Shown in pieces: positions 19,045 through 26,920 of a DNA stretch of 31,843 nucleotides. Every line of letters begins with the position of its first letter. Position 1 is the stretch's first letter. The DNA lies in the IMG/VR virus record IMGVR_UViG_3300037424_000687, positions 1-31,843 of that record. One strand, given 5' to 3'. Made by a program: the position numbers and the translations under genes. A model generated the notes under the pieces. It was given only the letters and a program-made list of their open reading frames with translations, did no database searches and was not told the DNA's origin. Source of the DNA: a virus. Its lineage: Duplodnaviria; Caudoviricetes.

Positions 19045-19335
19045 ATGGGAACCAGACGATGCAAGCGCTGTTTATTAGAACTACCAGAATCGGAATTCGA
19101 TACACATCACAAAGATAAAACACTTCGATCAACGTGTAGAAAATGTCGCACGCCGTCAACCGACAAGACCACAAAGACGTGTCACGTATGCCGTTCGGAA
19201 CTTTCCATGACTCGATTTGCGATCAACCGCACATCCAGCGACGGACATCAAGATATGTGTAAAATGTGCAGATCTAGATATTACCAATCTAAGAAAGATA
19301 AAAATAAAGATGTACAAATCGATATCACAGGCTGA
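19045..19335 (+). CDS. Double zinc-finger protein
   Basis: CKRC...CRKC and CHVC...CKMC; resembles Zn modules of phage HNH-associated proteins but no HNH core seen. Confidence 0.7.
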   Translation: MGTRRCKRCLLELPESEFDTHHKDKTLRSTCRKCRTPSTDKTTKTCHVCRSELSMTRFAINRTSSDGHQDMCKMCRSRYYQSKKDKNKDVQIDITG

Positions 19336-19873
19336 ATTCGCTAAGAAAATAGGCATAACCGCGTCATCGCTACGCAAATACATAGCAAATGACGATATTG
19401 GAGTAGACAGAGACGAGCGTCCATTCCGTATTTTTCTCGACCATCCGGCAACAATAAAGTTTCTGAATAAGCGCGAAGTCATGCCCGATGGCGATCAGGA
19501 AGCGATGGCCGAAGACATCAATAAGCGTTTATACGAAATTCAATTAGATGAGCTTCCCAACGTTCCCGATCTCGTTCTAAAACGTGTAAAGATTCTGAAT
19601 GATATTCGTAAAACAAAGCTTCAAACCGATGCTATGCGCAAGGTACTGGTTGCCCGTAAACACGTTGAGATGTTTTTTAATCAACTTATATCAATTGATA
19701 ACTCAATATTAAAAACACTTGGGCAATCGCTATCAGTAAACATCGCTTCGACTCTAGGAACAACTGATAGTGAAAAGATAATCGCAATACAGACACTCAT
19801 AGATGATGAAATATATAAAGCCCTAAAGCTCCGGCATGATAAAATCATTGCGTATCTGGAGCGTCTAAAATGA
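19310..19873 (+). CDS. terS: Terminase small subunit (Nu1-like HTH)
   Basis: ISQAEFAKKIGITASSLRKYI helix-turn-helix followed by coiled coil; overlaps terL start. Start moved to ATG 19310. Confidence 0.75.
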   Translation: MYKSISQAEFAKKIGITASSLRKYIANDDIGVDRDERPFRIFLDHPATIKFLNKREVMPDGDQEAMAEDINKRLYEIQLDELPNVPDLVLKRVKILNDIRKTKLQTDAMRKVLVARKHVEMFFNQLISIDNSILKTLGQSLSVNIASTLGTTDSEKIIAIQTLIDDEIYKALKLRHDKIIAYLERLK

Positions 19874-21786
19874 CACTTCGCGATCCGGATATAGAGTTTC
19901 TAAAACACATAGCTGAATCAGAGCGTTTAGATCCACCAATGAAATCGATTGTTGATTTCATTGAGGCTAGACGTATTATGCCTAGTGGTGCTCCAAAACC
20001 CGGACCGTTCAAGTTTTCTTGGACGCCATACCTTCGCGAGATGCAAGAGTGTCTATCTCCAACTAGTCCAATACAAGAGATAGCGGTTATGAAATCCGCA
20101 CAACTTGGCTTTACTGAGGTATTGCTAAATACAATAGGTTTCTACATTGCCGAGTGTTCTAGTAATATTCTATACGTTTCATCAACCGGTGATCTGTTAG
20201 AGCGTTTCTCGGCTGAAAAACTAGAGCCGATGATCGATTCCCTCGGCATACGTAAGCTATTCATAGCTCCAATCAATACCGACGATACGGAATCTATGAC
20301 CCGGCGCGGTGGTGATAAGGTACTGCTAAAACACTATCCAGGTGGAACACTCGCGCTTGCATCGCTGAATTCATTAGCTTCATTACGGTCTGCTAGCGTA
20401 CGCATCCTATTGCTAGATGAAATCGATGGCGTGAAGTTTACAAGTCCAGAGGGTTCGGCTACCAATGTGGCTAAGGCACGTACCGACGCATATGGACATT
20501 TACGAAAAATAGTATACGTATCAACGCCAACGGTAAACAATACAAGCTTGATCGCGAGATTATACGAGCGTGGTGACCAGCGTAAATATTTCATACCATG
20601 TGCGCATTGCGGAGAATTTATTGAACTACACATGCGCAATCTAAAACGAGTAGACGGACAAGCTGTTTACTTCTGTGATAAATGCGGAGCGGCAATCGAA
20701 GAATATCAAAAAAAGAGCATGGAATCAAACGGAGAATGGCGAGCTACTGTAATATCCAAACAGGGACCACTATATAGAAGCTACCACATGAATAGCCTAT
20801 ATTCGCCAACGTTATCATGGGACCAAATCTTACGAGAATACGATACGGCAAAAGAGGAAGGCGAAGAATCGATGAGAGCGTTCATCAATCTTCGTAGAGG
20901 TGAGCCATTCCGCGAAACAGGGGAACGACCTAGAATAGATAAAGTAATTTCTATGCGTGGCACTCGCCCCGAAAAAGAAGTTCCCGAGTTTATACTATAT
21001 AACACCATGTCCGTAGATGTTCAATCGGGCGGAAAGGATACGGACTCTAGACTATGTATAAACGTAGTAGGCCATGGTAGTAAAATGAGAAAAGCGATAT
21101 TGAAATACCATGAAATAGTAGGAGCTATCGACAATCCGTACGAAGGCGCATGGAAAGAATTCTACGATATGGCTTCGGGAGGTGAATACAATTATTCACG
21201 CCGATCGGACGGACTAACATTTCCCATTCAACTTGCGGCTATAGACTCGGGAGATGGAAATCTAACCGGCGTTGTATTTGATTTTTGTAAGCGACTCGGA
21301 CCGTCGGTATTTCCGCTGAAAGGCTTTGCTAAGTTAGGTAACACTAGAGTAAAAAAATACATGTGGGTAACTCAATCCAATGCAGCAACTAGTCAACGTA
21401 ATAAACTAAACACTAACGTTGACGCGAGTAAAGAACGTTATCTTCAAATCAATACCACATATTATAAAAATGCTATTTATAATCAGTTACAGGTTCGATA
21501 TGAGGATAACGCTGAATTTCAAAAGTACGGGTTCATAGAGTTCAATAAAGACCTGCATGACAACTATTTCAAGATGCTAGTTGCAGAAGAAAAAAACCGT
21601 GAAGGCGCGTTTATAAATCCTTCCGGCAAGCGAAATGAATCGCTGGATTGCCTAGTCTACAACTTCGCCCTTGCCGATTTCTGGCTCGAAACCAAAGCAG
21701 TCGAGAGAGCGCAATCTATAAAAGTCGTTCTAATGGAGCTCCACAAACATCGTCGCGTAGCTTGCGACTTACAGGATGTAGCATGA
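19870..21786 (+). CDS. terL: Terminase large subunit, lambda GpA family
   Basis: TPYLREM, MKSAQLGFTE, LLLDEID, VSTPT, GDQRKYFIPCAHC, SVDVQ, AIDSG, RNESLDCLVY. Confidence 0.95.
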   Translation: MTLRDPDIEFLKHIAESERLDPPMKSIVDFIEARRIMPSGAPKPGPFKFSWTPYLREMQECLSPTSPIQEIAVMKSAQLGFTEVLLNTIGFYIAECSSNILYVSSTGDLLERFSAEKLEPMIDSLGIRKLFIAPINTDDTESMTRRGGDKVLLKHYPGGTLALASLNSLASLRSASVRILLLDEIDGVKFTSPEGSATNVAKARTDAYGHLRKIVYVSTPTVNNTSLIARLYERGDQRKYFIPCAHCGEFIELHMRNLKRVDGQAVYFCDKCGAAIEEYQKKSMESNGEWRATVISKQGPLYRSYHMNSLYSPTLSWDQILREYDTAKEEGEESMRAFINLRRGEPFRETGERPRIDKVISMRGTRPEKEVPEFILYNTMSVDVQSGGKDTDSRLCINVVGHGSKMRKAILKYHEIVGAIDNPYEGAWKEFYDMASGGEYNYSRRSDGLTFPIQLAAIDSGDGNLTGVVFDFCKRLGPSVFPLKGFAKLGNTRVKKYMWVTQSNAATSQRNKLNTNVDASKERYLQINTTYYKNAIYNQLQVRYEDNAEFQKYGFIEFNKDLHDNYFKMLVAEEKNREGAFINPSGKRNESLDCLVYNFALADFWLETKAVERAQSIKVVLMELHKHRRVACDLQDVA

Positions 21787-22448
21787 TAAAAATAGATACC
21801 TCGGAATGGAAAAAATACGGTACGTTACTAAAGAGTTTAGAAAAAAAAGTACCATCGGGAATATCAAAAATGCTGAATGACATGGCGTTCGGTACGCGTA
21901 ACACCGCGATTGAAGGAATCGAAAACACCATGACGATACGAGCAAAACAGTTTGTCTATTCTCGAATACAAGTTACAAAGGCTACCGTGGCATCACAACA
22001 GTCGATAGTTGGATCGGTAGCAACCAAAAACTTTAGCGGATTTGGCGAACAGGAAGAAGGCGGAATCTCAAAAATACTAAAGAAACGGTTGATAAGAAAA
22101 GAAGCTCGTGGCGGAGATATGAAACGAAAAGTCATCAGATCCAATAGGCTGTCACCTTACAATCAACTAGAACTAGCCACGTCGCTTGGTATGATTCGTA
22201 GCTTTAGCCGCAAGGGATATCGTAAGCCGTTTATAATTAACTATCCCGGTGAGGATACGATAGAGCCGGGTTTATATAAACTAGTAGGACGTAGAGATAA
22301 ACAAAAACTCGTACAGCTTCAATCGTTCGTTCATCCCACAAAAGCCAAAGGCGACCCGTGGATGAAACCCGCACCTGCTAAGTTTTTCGCACGCTGGAAT
22401 ATAAACAAAGCGTGGTTTATAAATTGGGGAAGATACATAAAGAAATAA
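21783..22448 (+). CDS. Basic neck/tail completion protein (gpZ-like)
   Basis: Likely start MIKIDTSEW at 21783 (ATGA overlap with terL); KMLNDMAF and PWMKPA motifs. Confidence 0.55.
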   Translation: MIKIDTSEWKKYGTLLKSLEKKVPSGISKMLNDMAFGTRNTAIEGIENTMTIRAKQFVYSRIQVTKATVASQQSIVGSVATKNFSGFGEQEEGGISKILKKRLIRKEARGGDMKRKVIRSNRLSPYNQLELATSLGMIRSFSRKGYRKPFIINYPGEDTIEPGLYKLVGRRDKQKLVQLQSFVHPTKAKGDPWMKPAPAKFFARWNINKAWFINWGRYIKK

Positions 22449-22514
22449 TATTATAGATAAATATATTTATAATATTATTTTATAGTTGCGTTCTTATTTT
22501 TACGTATCGTCCAC

Positions 22515-22574
22515 TGACCATATGTGACGATACGTTGCACTACGTGACGATATATTGCACTACGTGACCATATG
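22515..22574. repeat. Six tandem 10-bp units (TGACCATATG / TGACGATACG / TTGCACTACG variants)
   Basis: Read directly; exact 10-bp period. Confidence 0.85.
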
Positions 22575-22619
22575 TATATGGTGAGTGTTCCATTTTAGTG
22601 TGCAATTTATATCACACCT

Positions 22620-22678
22620 TGCGAGAAACGGGGGTCGCGACCGTCCTCCCTTCCTTTCGTACAGTGATGAAAGGACCC
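22620..22678 (-). other. Candidate cos site (cosQ/cosN-like)
   Basis: Minus strand GGGTCCTTTC...GGGAGGACGGTCGCGACCCCCGTTTCTCGC resembles lambda GGGTCCTTTC...GGGCGGCGACCTCGCGGGTTTTCGC; the phage has a GpA-type terminase. Confidence 0.55.
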
Positions 22679-22702
22679 ACACACCATTCGTTCAGTACTA
22701 TT

Positions 22703-22732
22703 TGACCATATGTGACCATACGTTGCACTATG
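22703..22732. repeat. Second block of the same 10-bp units (3 copies)
   Basis: TGACCATATG TGACCATACG TTGCACTATG. Confidence 0.8.
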
Positions 22733-22843
22733 TAACGACGCGCGATAAAGCCACGGTCAAATCATACGATTGTTATATTTATTTCATCTATTATTTATAA
22801 TAGCTATTTGCCAGCGTGCCTACGGATGTGGGATCAACTTCCT

Positions 22844-23131
22844 GTCCCAACTCATAAGCCGTTTAGACATGCGGTCAAGTTGCAACTCATAAGCCGTTGT
22901 CCTGGCATTGTTGGCCGACATTGACGCGATATTCGCGGAGTCGAGAATAGATGTGACAACTCATAAGCCGTTGTCCTGGCATTGTTAGATACGAAAGCTC
23001 TTCATAGCCCCGATCAATACCGAAGTGACAACTCATAAGCCGTTGTCCTGGCATTGTTAGAATAAGACTATCAATAGTGGGATCACGCACGGGATGTGAC
23101 AACTCATAAGCCGTTGTCCTGGCATTGTTAG
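22844..23131 (-). CRISPR. cas-less CRISPR mini-array: 3 identical, 1 degenerate and 1 partial 36-bp repeats; 3 full spacers
   Basis: + strand repeat GTGACAACTCATAAGCCGTTGTCCTGGCATTGTTAG at 22953, 23025, 23096; 3-mismatch copy at 22879; 20-bp partial at 22844. Unique spacers 22915-22952 (38 bp), 22989-23024 (36 bp), 23061-23095 (35 bp). Strand inferred from the degenerate end and hairpin position. Confidence 0.93.
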
Positions 23132-23535
23132 TCTTTTCCCCATTGATTGTTAGCGATAAACATCGCTCTACGTTCGTTAGCGATTTTGATAGCGTGCTCT
23201 TCATCCATCGCTAGCATTCGCGTATACATCATATTGTTTTCGAAAATAGTTTTCTTGTCGTTGCTTTGTATACGCTCAAACGATATTTTTTCGCAAAGCA
23301 AATAATCTACATCTCTATCCATTTTTACTTCATATGGAAACATGTCTTTAGGCATATCCGGCACATCTTTATCAATATCCCATTCATTAACTGTATAGTC
23401 ACCGGACTCAATTCCATCTTCTTGGTTATCGTCATTATACCTACAGTATTTCTTTGCTTTTTCTTCTGTTGAAAATACAGCACTTATTGCGTAATCGCTG
23501 TAACAACCAGTTGTTACTATATATACTTTATCCAT
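23128..23535 (-). CDS. Phage hypothetical protein
   Basis: KVYIVTTGCYSDYAISAVFSTEEKA is a common phage N-terminal motif; stop codon lies inside the first repeat. Confidence 0.75.
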   Translation of the reverse strand: MDKVYIVTTGCYSDYAISAVFSTEEKAKKYCRYNDDNQEDGIESGDYTVNEWDIDKDVPDMPKDMFPYEVKMDRDVDYLLCEKISFERIQSNDKKTIFENNMMYTRMLAMDEEHAIKIANERRAMFIANNQWGKD

Positions 23536-23729
23536 TATTCAACCTTATCCTCTAGTTTTCCACATTCTGAACAGATAAACGTACGTGTTTTATAGAACAT
23601 ATCTAAACTATCTGCAACCATTTCTAAAAACTCATCCGGATTAGTATCGGCCACGAGTGTTCCGTATTCATAATGTTTTGCTATACGTTCTATCGCCTTA
23701 TTCATTTTCCTTTTCATTCCCTTTTTCAT
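23535..23729 (-). CDS. Hypothetical protein
   Basis: 64 aa, overlaps both neighbours; C-terminal CSEC. Confidence 0.6.
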   Translation of the reverse strand: MKKGMKRKMNKAIERIAKHYEYGTLVADTNPDEFLEMVADSLDMFYKTRTFICSECGKLEDKVE

Positions 23730-24276
23730 ACACTACCTTTCTCTTTCGTTCTTTATAATATTCGAAATGCATATCATCTCGACGTTCCCAATCACCGCCC
23801 CACGCGAATCCGGCGGCCTTGAAGCACTCAACGATCACCGGGTCCATATGTCCGATTTGCCCCATAGGATTCTCGTGCCAGTTGATGTCACACGCTATAC
23901 CCCATGAATGCATTGACAACGTTTTACCACCCCTTTTGAGTCTTGGCGCCCAAGTTCCAAAAGCCAGCCTTCCGGTCGGCACATGGTGGATGGCGCTCGC
24001 CTTACCAGCTTTCTCAATAGCTGTTAGTACTTCTATGAAATTGGGTACTAACAGTTTATGGACACTTCTTCCGCGAACGATAGGCAGATCAACGGTTACG
24101 AGATTTATAATTCCAAATCCGTTAGTTAGACTAATCGACCCGGATTTTTTATCGACAATTCTATACTCTATTTTCCCAAATGTCGCCACTACGTCTTTCA
24201 TCGTTTGCGGTATTGGCGGTTCATGTACCCTTGGTTTCGTTACCAGTTCTAAGATTGGTTTGTTTATTTGTTCCAT
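23698..24276 (-). CDS. M15-family Zn peptidase, probable endolysin
   Basis: SMHSWGIACDIN and GFAWGGDW...DDMHFE. Confidence 0.88.
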   Translation of the reverse strand: MEQINKPILELVTKPRVHEPPIPQTMKDVVATFGKIEYRIVDKKSGSISLTNGFGIINLVTVDLPIVRGRSVHKLLVPNFIEVLTAIEKAGKASAIHHVPTGRLAFGTWAPRLKRGGKTLSMHSWGIACDINWHENPMGQIGHMDPVIVECFKAAGFAWGGDWERRDDMHFEYYKERKRKVVYEKGNEKENE

Positions 24277-24278
24277 TT

Positions 24279-24557
24279 TTATTCCAAATCTAACGGCAAT
24301 GCCAGCAAGCGGTTTTTCTTCATAAATAACTCCATGCTCGATTTTTCACAATCTCCAAACGCAACGCGATAAAGGTTTTGTTTCTCGCGTTCGATTGCGA
24401 GTTTCAAGTTAACCTTGATATCGTCATCCTTTTCAAACGCGTACCGTTTTAGCGCTTCATGGAAATATTTATATGCCGTCCGTATTTTGGGATCGACATG
24501 CTCGGGATAAACTCTTCTATACGTATGCTCACCTATTTTTATGTACGCGGTATTCAT
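24279..24557 (-). CDS. Hypothetical protein
   Basis: 92 aa, SD AGAAAGGA, tight operon packing. Confidence 0.65.
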   Translation of the reverse strand: MNTAYIKIGEHTYRRVYPEHVDPKIRTAYKYFHEALKRYAFEKDDDIKVNLKLAIEREKQNLYRVAFGDCEKSSMELFMKKNRLLALPLDLE

Positions 24558-24558
24558 T

Positions 24559-24759
24559 TTATTCCTTTCTATGGGTTTTATAGGTTATCGAGATCTCACG
24601 TGTATACTCAAAGTCGTTGTCGCATTCATCGCAGATAAGGTCATCCGTATCCGAACTGAATTCGTATGAATCGCTAAATTTATGCCCGCACCACGGACAA
24701 ACGATCTCACTCGTATAGGTACAGTCAACGGCATGCTCTTCTAATATCGGACGTGTCGT
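24559..24759 (-). CDS. Small Zn-ribbon protein with ACG start (or start-loss pseudogene)
   Basis: Not in track; 66 codons, TRPILEEHAVDCTYTSEIVCPWCGHKFSDSYEF...ICDECDNDFEYTREISITY; fills the gap between neighbours exactly. Confidence 0.7.
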   Translation of the reverse strand, partial: TTRPILEEHAVDCTYTSEIVCPWCGHKFSDSYEFSSDTDDLICDECDNDFEYTREISITYKTHRKE

Positions 24760-24760
24760 T

Positions 24761-24892
24761 TTATTCCTTTCTTATTTTATTCATTTCCTGCTTCAAAATA
24801 TAGATTACCATTTTTAGATCATCTTCCACGCGTGTACCTTTTATTGACGCGCGTTCGCTTAGTTTAGTTAGTATTTCTATTGCTTGTTGCAT
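24761..24892 (-). CDS. Small hypothetical protein (43 aa)
   Basis: MQQAIEILTKLSERASIKGTRVEDDLKMVIYILKQEMNKIRKE*; abuts the upstream stop. Confidence 0.6.
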   Translation of the reverse strand: MQQAIEILTKLSERASIKGTRVEDDLKMVIYILKQEMNKIRKE

Positions 24893-25078
24893 TCAGCGTT
24901 CCTTTCGTTTTTCACATTCTACTAGCGCCCATAACTCTATACAGCTAGCGCATTTTATTTTATATGCTTTTTTATCATATTTACATTGCTGTTCGAATCC
25001 ATTTGTGACCGGCGGACACCGATGACCACCTTCTGACGCTACCCACTCGGCTAGAATACTCAGTGGAGTTTTATTCAT
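24893..25078 (-). CDS. Small Cys-rich hypothetical protein
   Basis: 61 aa; LAE..V...CP...C...CxxC. Confidence 0.6.
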   Translation of the reverse strand: MNKTPLSILAEWVASEGGHRCPPVTNGFEQQCKYDKKAYKIKCASCIELWALVECEKRKER

Positions 25079-25286
25079 CTATTATTCCGAATTTACTTCG
25101 AATCTTTCGTGCCTTGCTAAAGCTGGTACGGTATGAACAGAAAACAATACCTCTGATTTCCCACGCCGCGATTTCCAGGTCTTTGCACTTTATTATTTTA
25201 TCCACAATTCTTCTTACTGCTCGTTTCTGCGTTGGAAACATTTTATAATACAACTCCACGGCTTCGCTTTCAGTTATTCGTTTCAT
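25071..25286 (-). CDS. Hypothetical protein
   Basis: 71 aa, overlaps both neighbours. Confidence 0.6.
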   Translation of the reverse strand: MKRITESEAVELYYKMFPTQKRAVRRIVDKIIKCKDLEIAAWEIRGIVFCSYRTSFSKARKIRSKFGIIDE

Positions 25287-25921
25287 TTCGCCTCACTCGC
25301 TTTACATCGTTTGTAAAATATATTTAATCCACGACCAACCTCACATAACCCTCTCGATATATCTCTGTCTCTAGAATGCGGCGTATTCCAGTGATTTGCC
25401 GTTGGATATGGATCTTGATTTATCATATCAATAAATCCCTGAGTCCACCCGTTCATTCCATTCCACCACGTTTGCTTACCTTCCAGCGGATTATCAAACG
25501 TACTCATACGAATTCTATCAACGCGATCTTGTGATTTTTTAGTTCTTTTATAATCTTTGAACACGGCGCAGTACTGCATTATCTCCCTATCAAATGTTAT
25601 GCCGCGTGTTTTTGCCCATAACCATAATATCCATGCAATTCCTTCACGTTCACCAGGCACACCACAGTCACCGCATTCAGCACGCATGCACTGAGCGAGA
25701 TGCAGCGCGGTTTTGTCTTCTTGCCCCTCAACGATCCGGCAGATCAATCCCATGGATATGCATACGGCGATAAATAGCCATATCAACCACAGGTTATCAA
25801 AGATTTTCATAACACATCTATCTTCCTTTCCATCGATTCGCTCCAACACTATACAGTGCGTGGGAAATTCGGGATTTCCATATTTCAACAATATCTGTAA
25901 TGCCTTTATCAGATCACTCAT
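25283..25921 (-). CDS. Membrane-anchored protein with possible SleB/Hydrolase_2-like domain
   Basis: TM segment LWLIWLFIAVCISMGLIC then LAQCMRAECG...EREGIAWIL; alternative start ATG 25810. Confidence 0.45.
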   Translation of the reverse strand: MSDLIKALQILLKYGNPEFPTHCIVLERIDGKEDRCVMKIFDNLWLIWLFIAVCISMGLICRIVEGQEDKTALHLAQCMRAECGDCGVPGEREGIAWILWLWAKTRGITFDREIMQYCAVFKDYKRTKKSQDRVDRIRMSTFDNPLEGKQTWWNGMNGWTQGFIDMINQDPYPTANHWNTPHSRDRDISRGLCEVGRGLNIFYKRCKASEAK

Positions 25922-26139
25922 GTTTTCACCAATCCCGGATTGATGCCCTCTTTCATTATCTTTTCGGTTCCGATGATATCTCGCAACCGTTTTATGGCTA
26001 CTACTATTTGTTGATGGTCAACGGTACCGTGGTCAATCGCTCGCTCGATATCGACTAATAACGCTAGCATGAAAGCGTGCTCTTTTTCCAATCGCTGAAT
26101 ACGGTCATCGTCTACTACCTCAAAAGATTGAATGTTCAT
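25918..26139 (-). CDS. Hypothetical protein
   Basis: 73 aa, ATGA overlaps at both ends. Confidence 0.65.
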   Translation of the reverse strand: MNIQSFEVVDDDRIQRLEKEHAFMLALLVDIERAIDHGTVDHQQIVVAIKRLRDIIGTEKIMKEGINPGLVKT

Positions 26140-26645
26140 GATATCACTCCTATGGCGTATGTATTATAACCGTACTTGGCCAGCAACACGGCTTCTGCCA
26201 CGTTGTGATCGGTAATGATTTGTCCGGTTTCTTTAGATGCGATAGCCAGTGCCATTTTTTTGGCCTGATCTTTAGGCATTCCATTGAGTCCGAATGGTTT
26301 GCGCCACGTTCGAACAGGCACCTTTACCAGATCATACCGTTTAGGCTCGAAGCGCTCGATCTCCTGTAGCCATTTGCCGCGATTCTCGCCCATTGTTAGA
26401 ATAGATTTTGTTCCCATGCGCTTTCCGCTTGGCAGGTATAGCGAAGCCCAATCCTCCATAACGATAAGAAGTTTTCCGTCGCCGATCTCATCGAAAGCTT
26501 CGTGTACAGTCATTCTACGTTCAGAAGCGGTTGAATTGCTATCTAACCACCAAGAAAAATGATCCGATAGCGCACTTCCGCTCACTCTTCCTGAATCGAT
26601 TCCCAATATGGCGGCGTACTTTTTACGTTTATCTTTGCTATTCAT
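26136..26645 (-). CDS. RuvC-like Holliday junction resolvase
   Basis: ILGIDSG, IVMED, TWRK, K, DHNVAEAVLLA: RNase H-fold catalytic pattern. Confidence 0.75.
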   Translation of the reverse strand: MNSKDKRKKYAAILGIDSGRVSGSALSDHFSWWLDSNSTASERRMTVHEAFDEIGDGKLLIVMEDWASLYLPSGKRMGTKSILTMGENRGKWLQEIERFEPKRYDLVKVPVRTWRKPFGLNGMPKDQAKKMALAIASKETGQIITDHNVAEAVLLAKYGYNTYAIGVIS

Positions 26646-26676
26646 AATATTTTACCTTTCCATTAGTGGCTTATTA

Positions 26677-26859
26677 TTATCCATATTTTTTCGTTATCAC
26701 CTGCTGCGCACAATACCGTATCCAACATTTCACACATTTTTCTGTTTGATTTAATTCGATAGCACGCACAGGTTCTTCTGAACCACTTTTGATTTTGTCG
26801 TAGCAATTCATCGGACATTCTATATTTGTGTTAGCTACCAAAAGCTCAGCAAGCATCAC
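26677..26859 (-). CDS. Small Cys-rich hypothetical protein
   Basis: LAELLV...CPMNC...CVKCW; similar pattern to 24893-25078. Confidence 0.55.
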   Translation of the reverse strand: MMLAELLVANTNIECPMNCYDKIKSGSEEPVRAIELNQTEKCVKCWIRYCAQQVITKKYG

Positions 26860-26920
26860 ACATATATCGGAAATATCTCTTCACTATCACGATCAAAAAT
26901 AACGTTCATTTCCAATTCAT

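Noticed and set aside
18878-22641. GTCGCGAC at both 18878 and 22634 as inversion crossover sites
   Set aside because: Only 8 bp; inversion there would break both the solitary repeat and the cos candidate; no recombinase seen.
22585-22800. 71-aa ORF across the cos region
   Set aside because: No SD or motif; overlaps non-coding repeats.
22887-23204. 105-aa ORF with repeated LTMPGQRLMSCH
   Set aside because: Translation through the CRISPR repeats.
26136-26645. RuvC-like gene as the array's Cas12/TnpB effector
   Set aside because: Only 169 aa with a contiguous resolvase pattern; no split RuvC, Zn finger or REC region.
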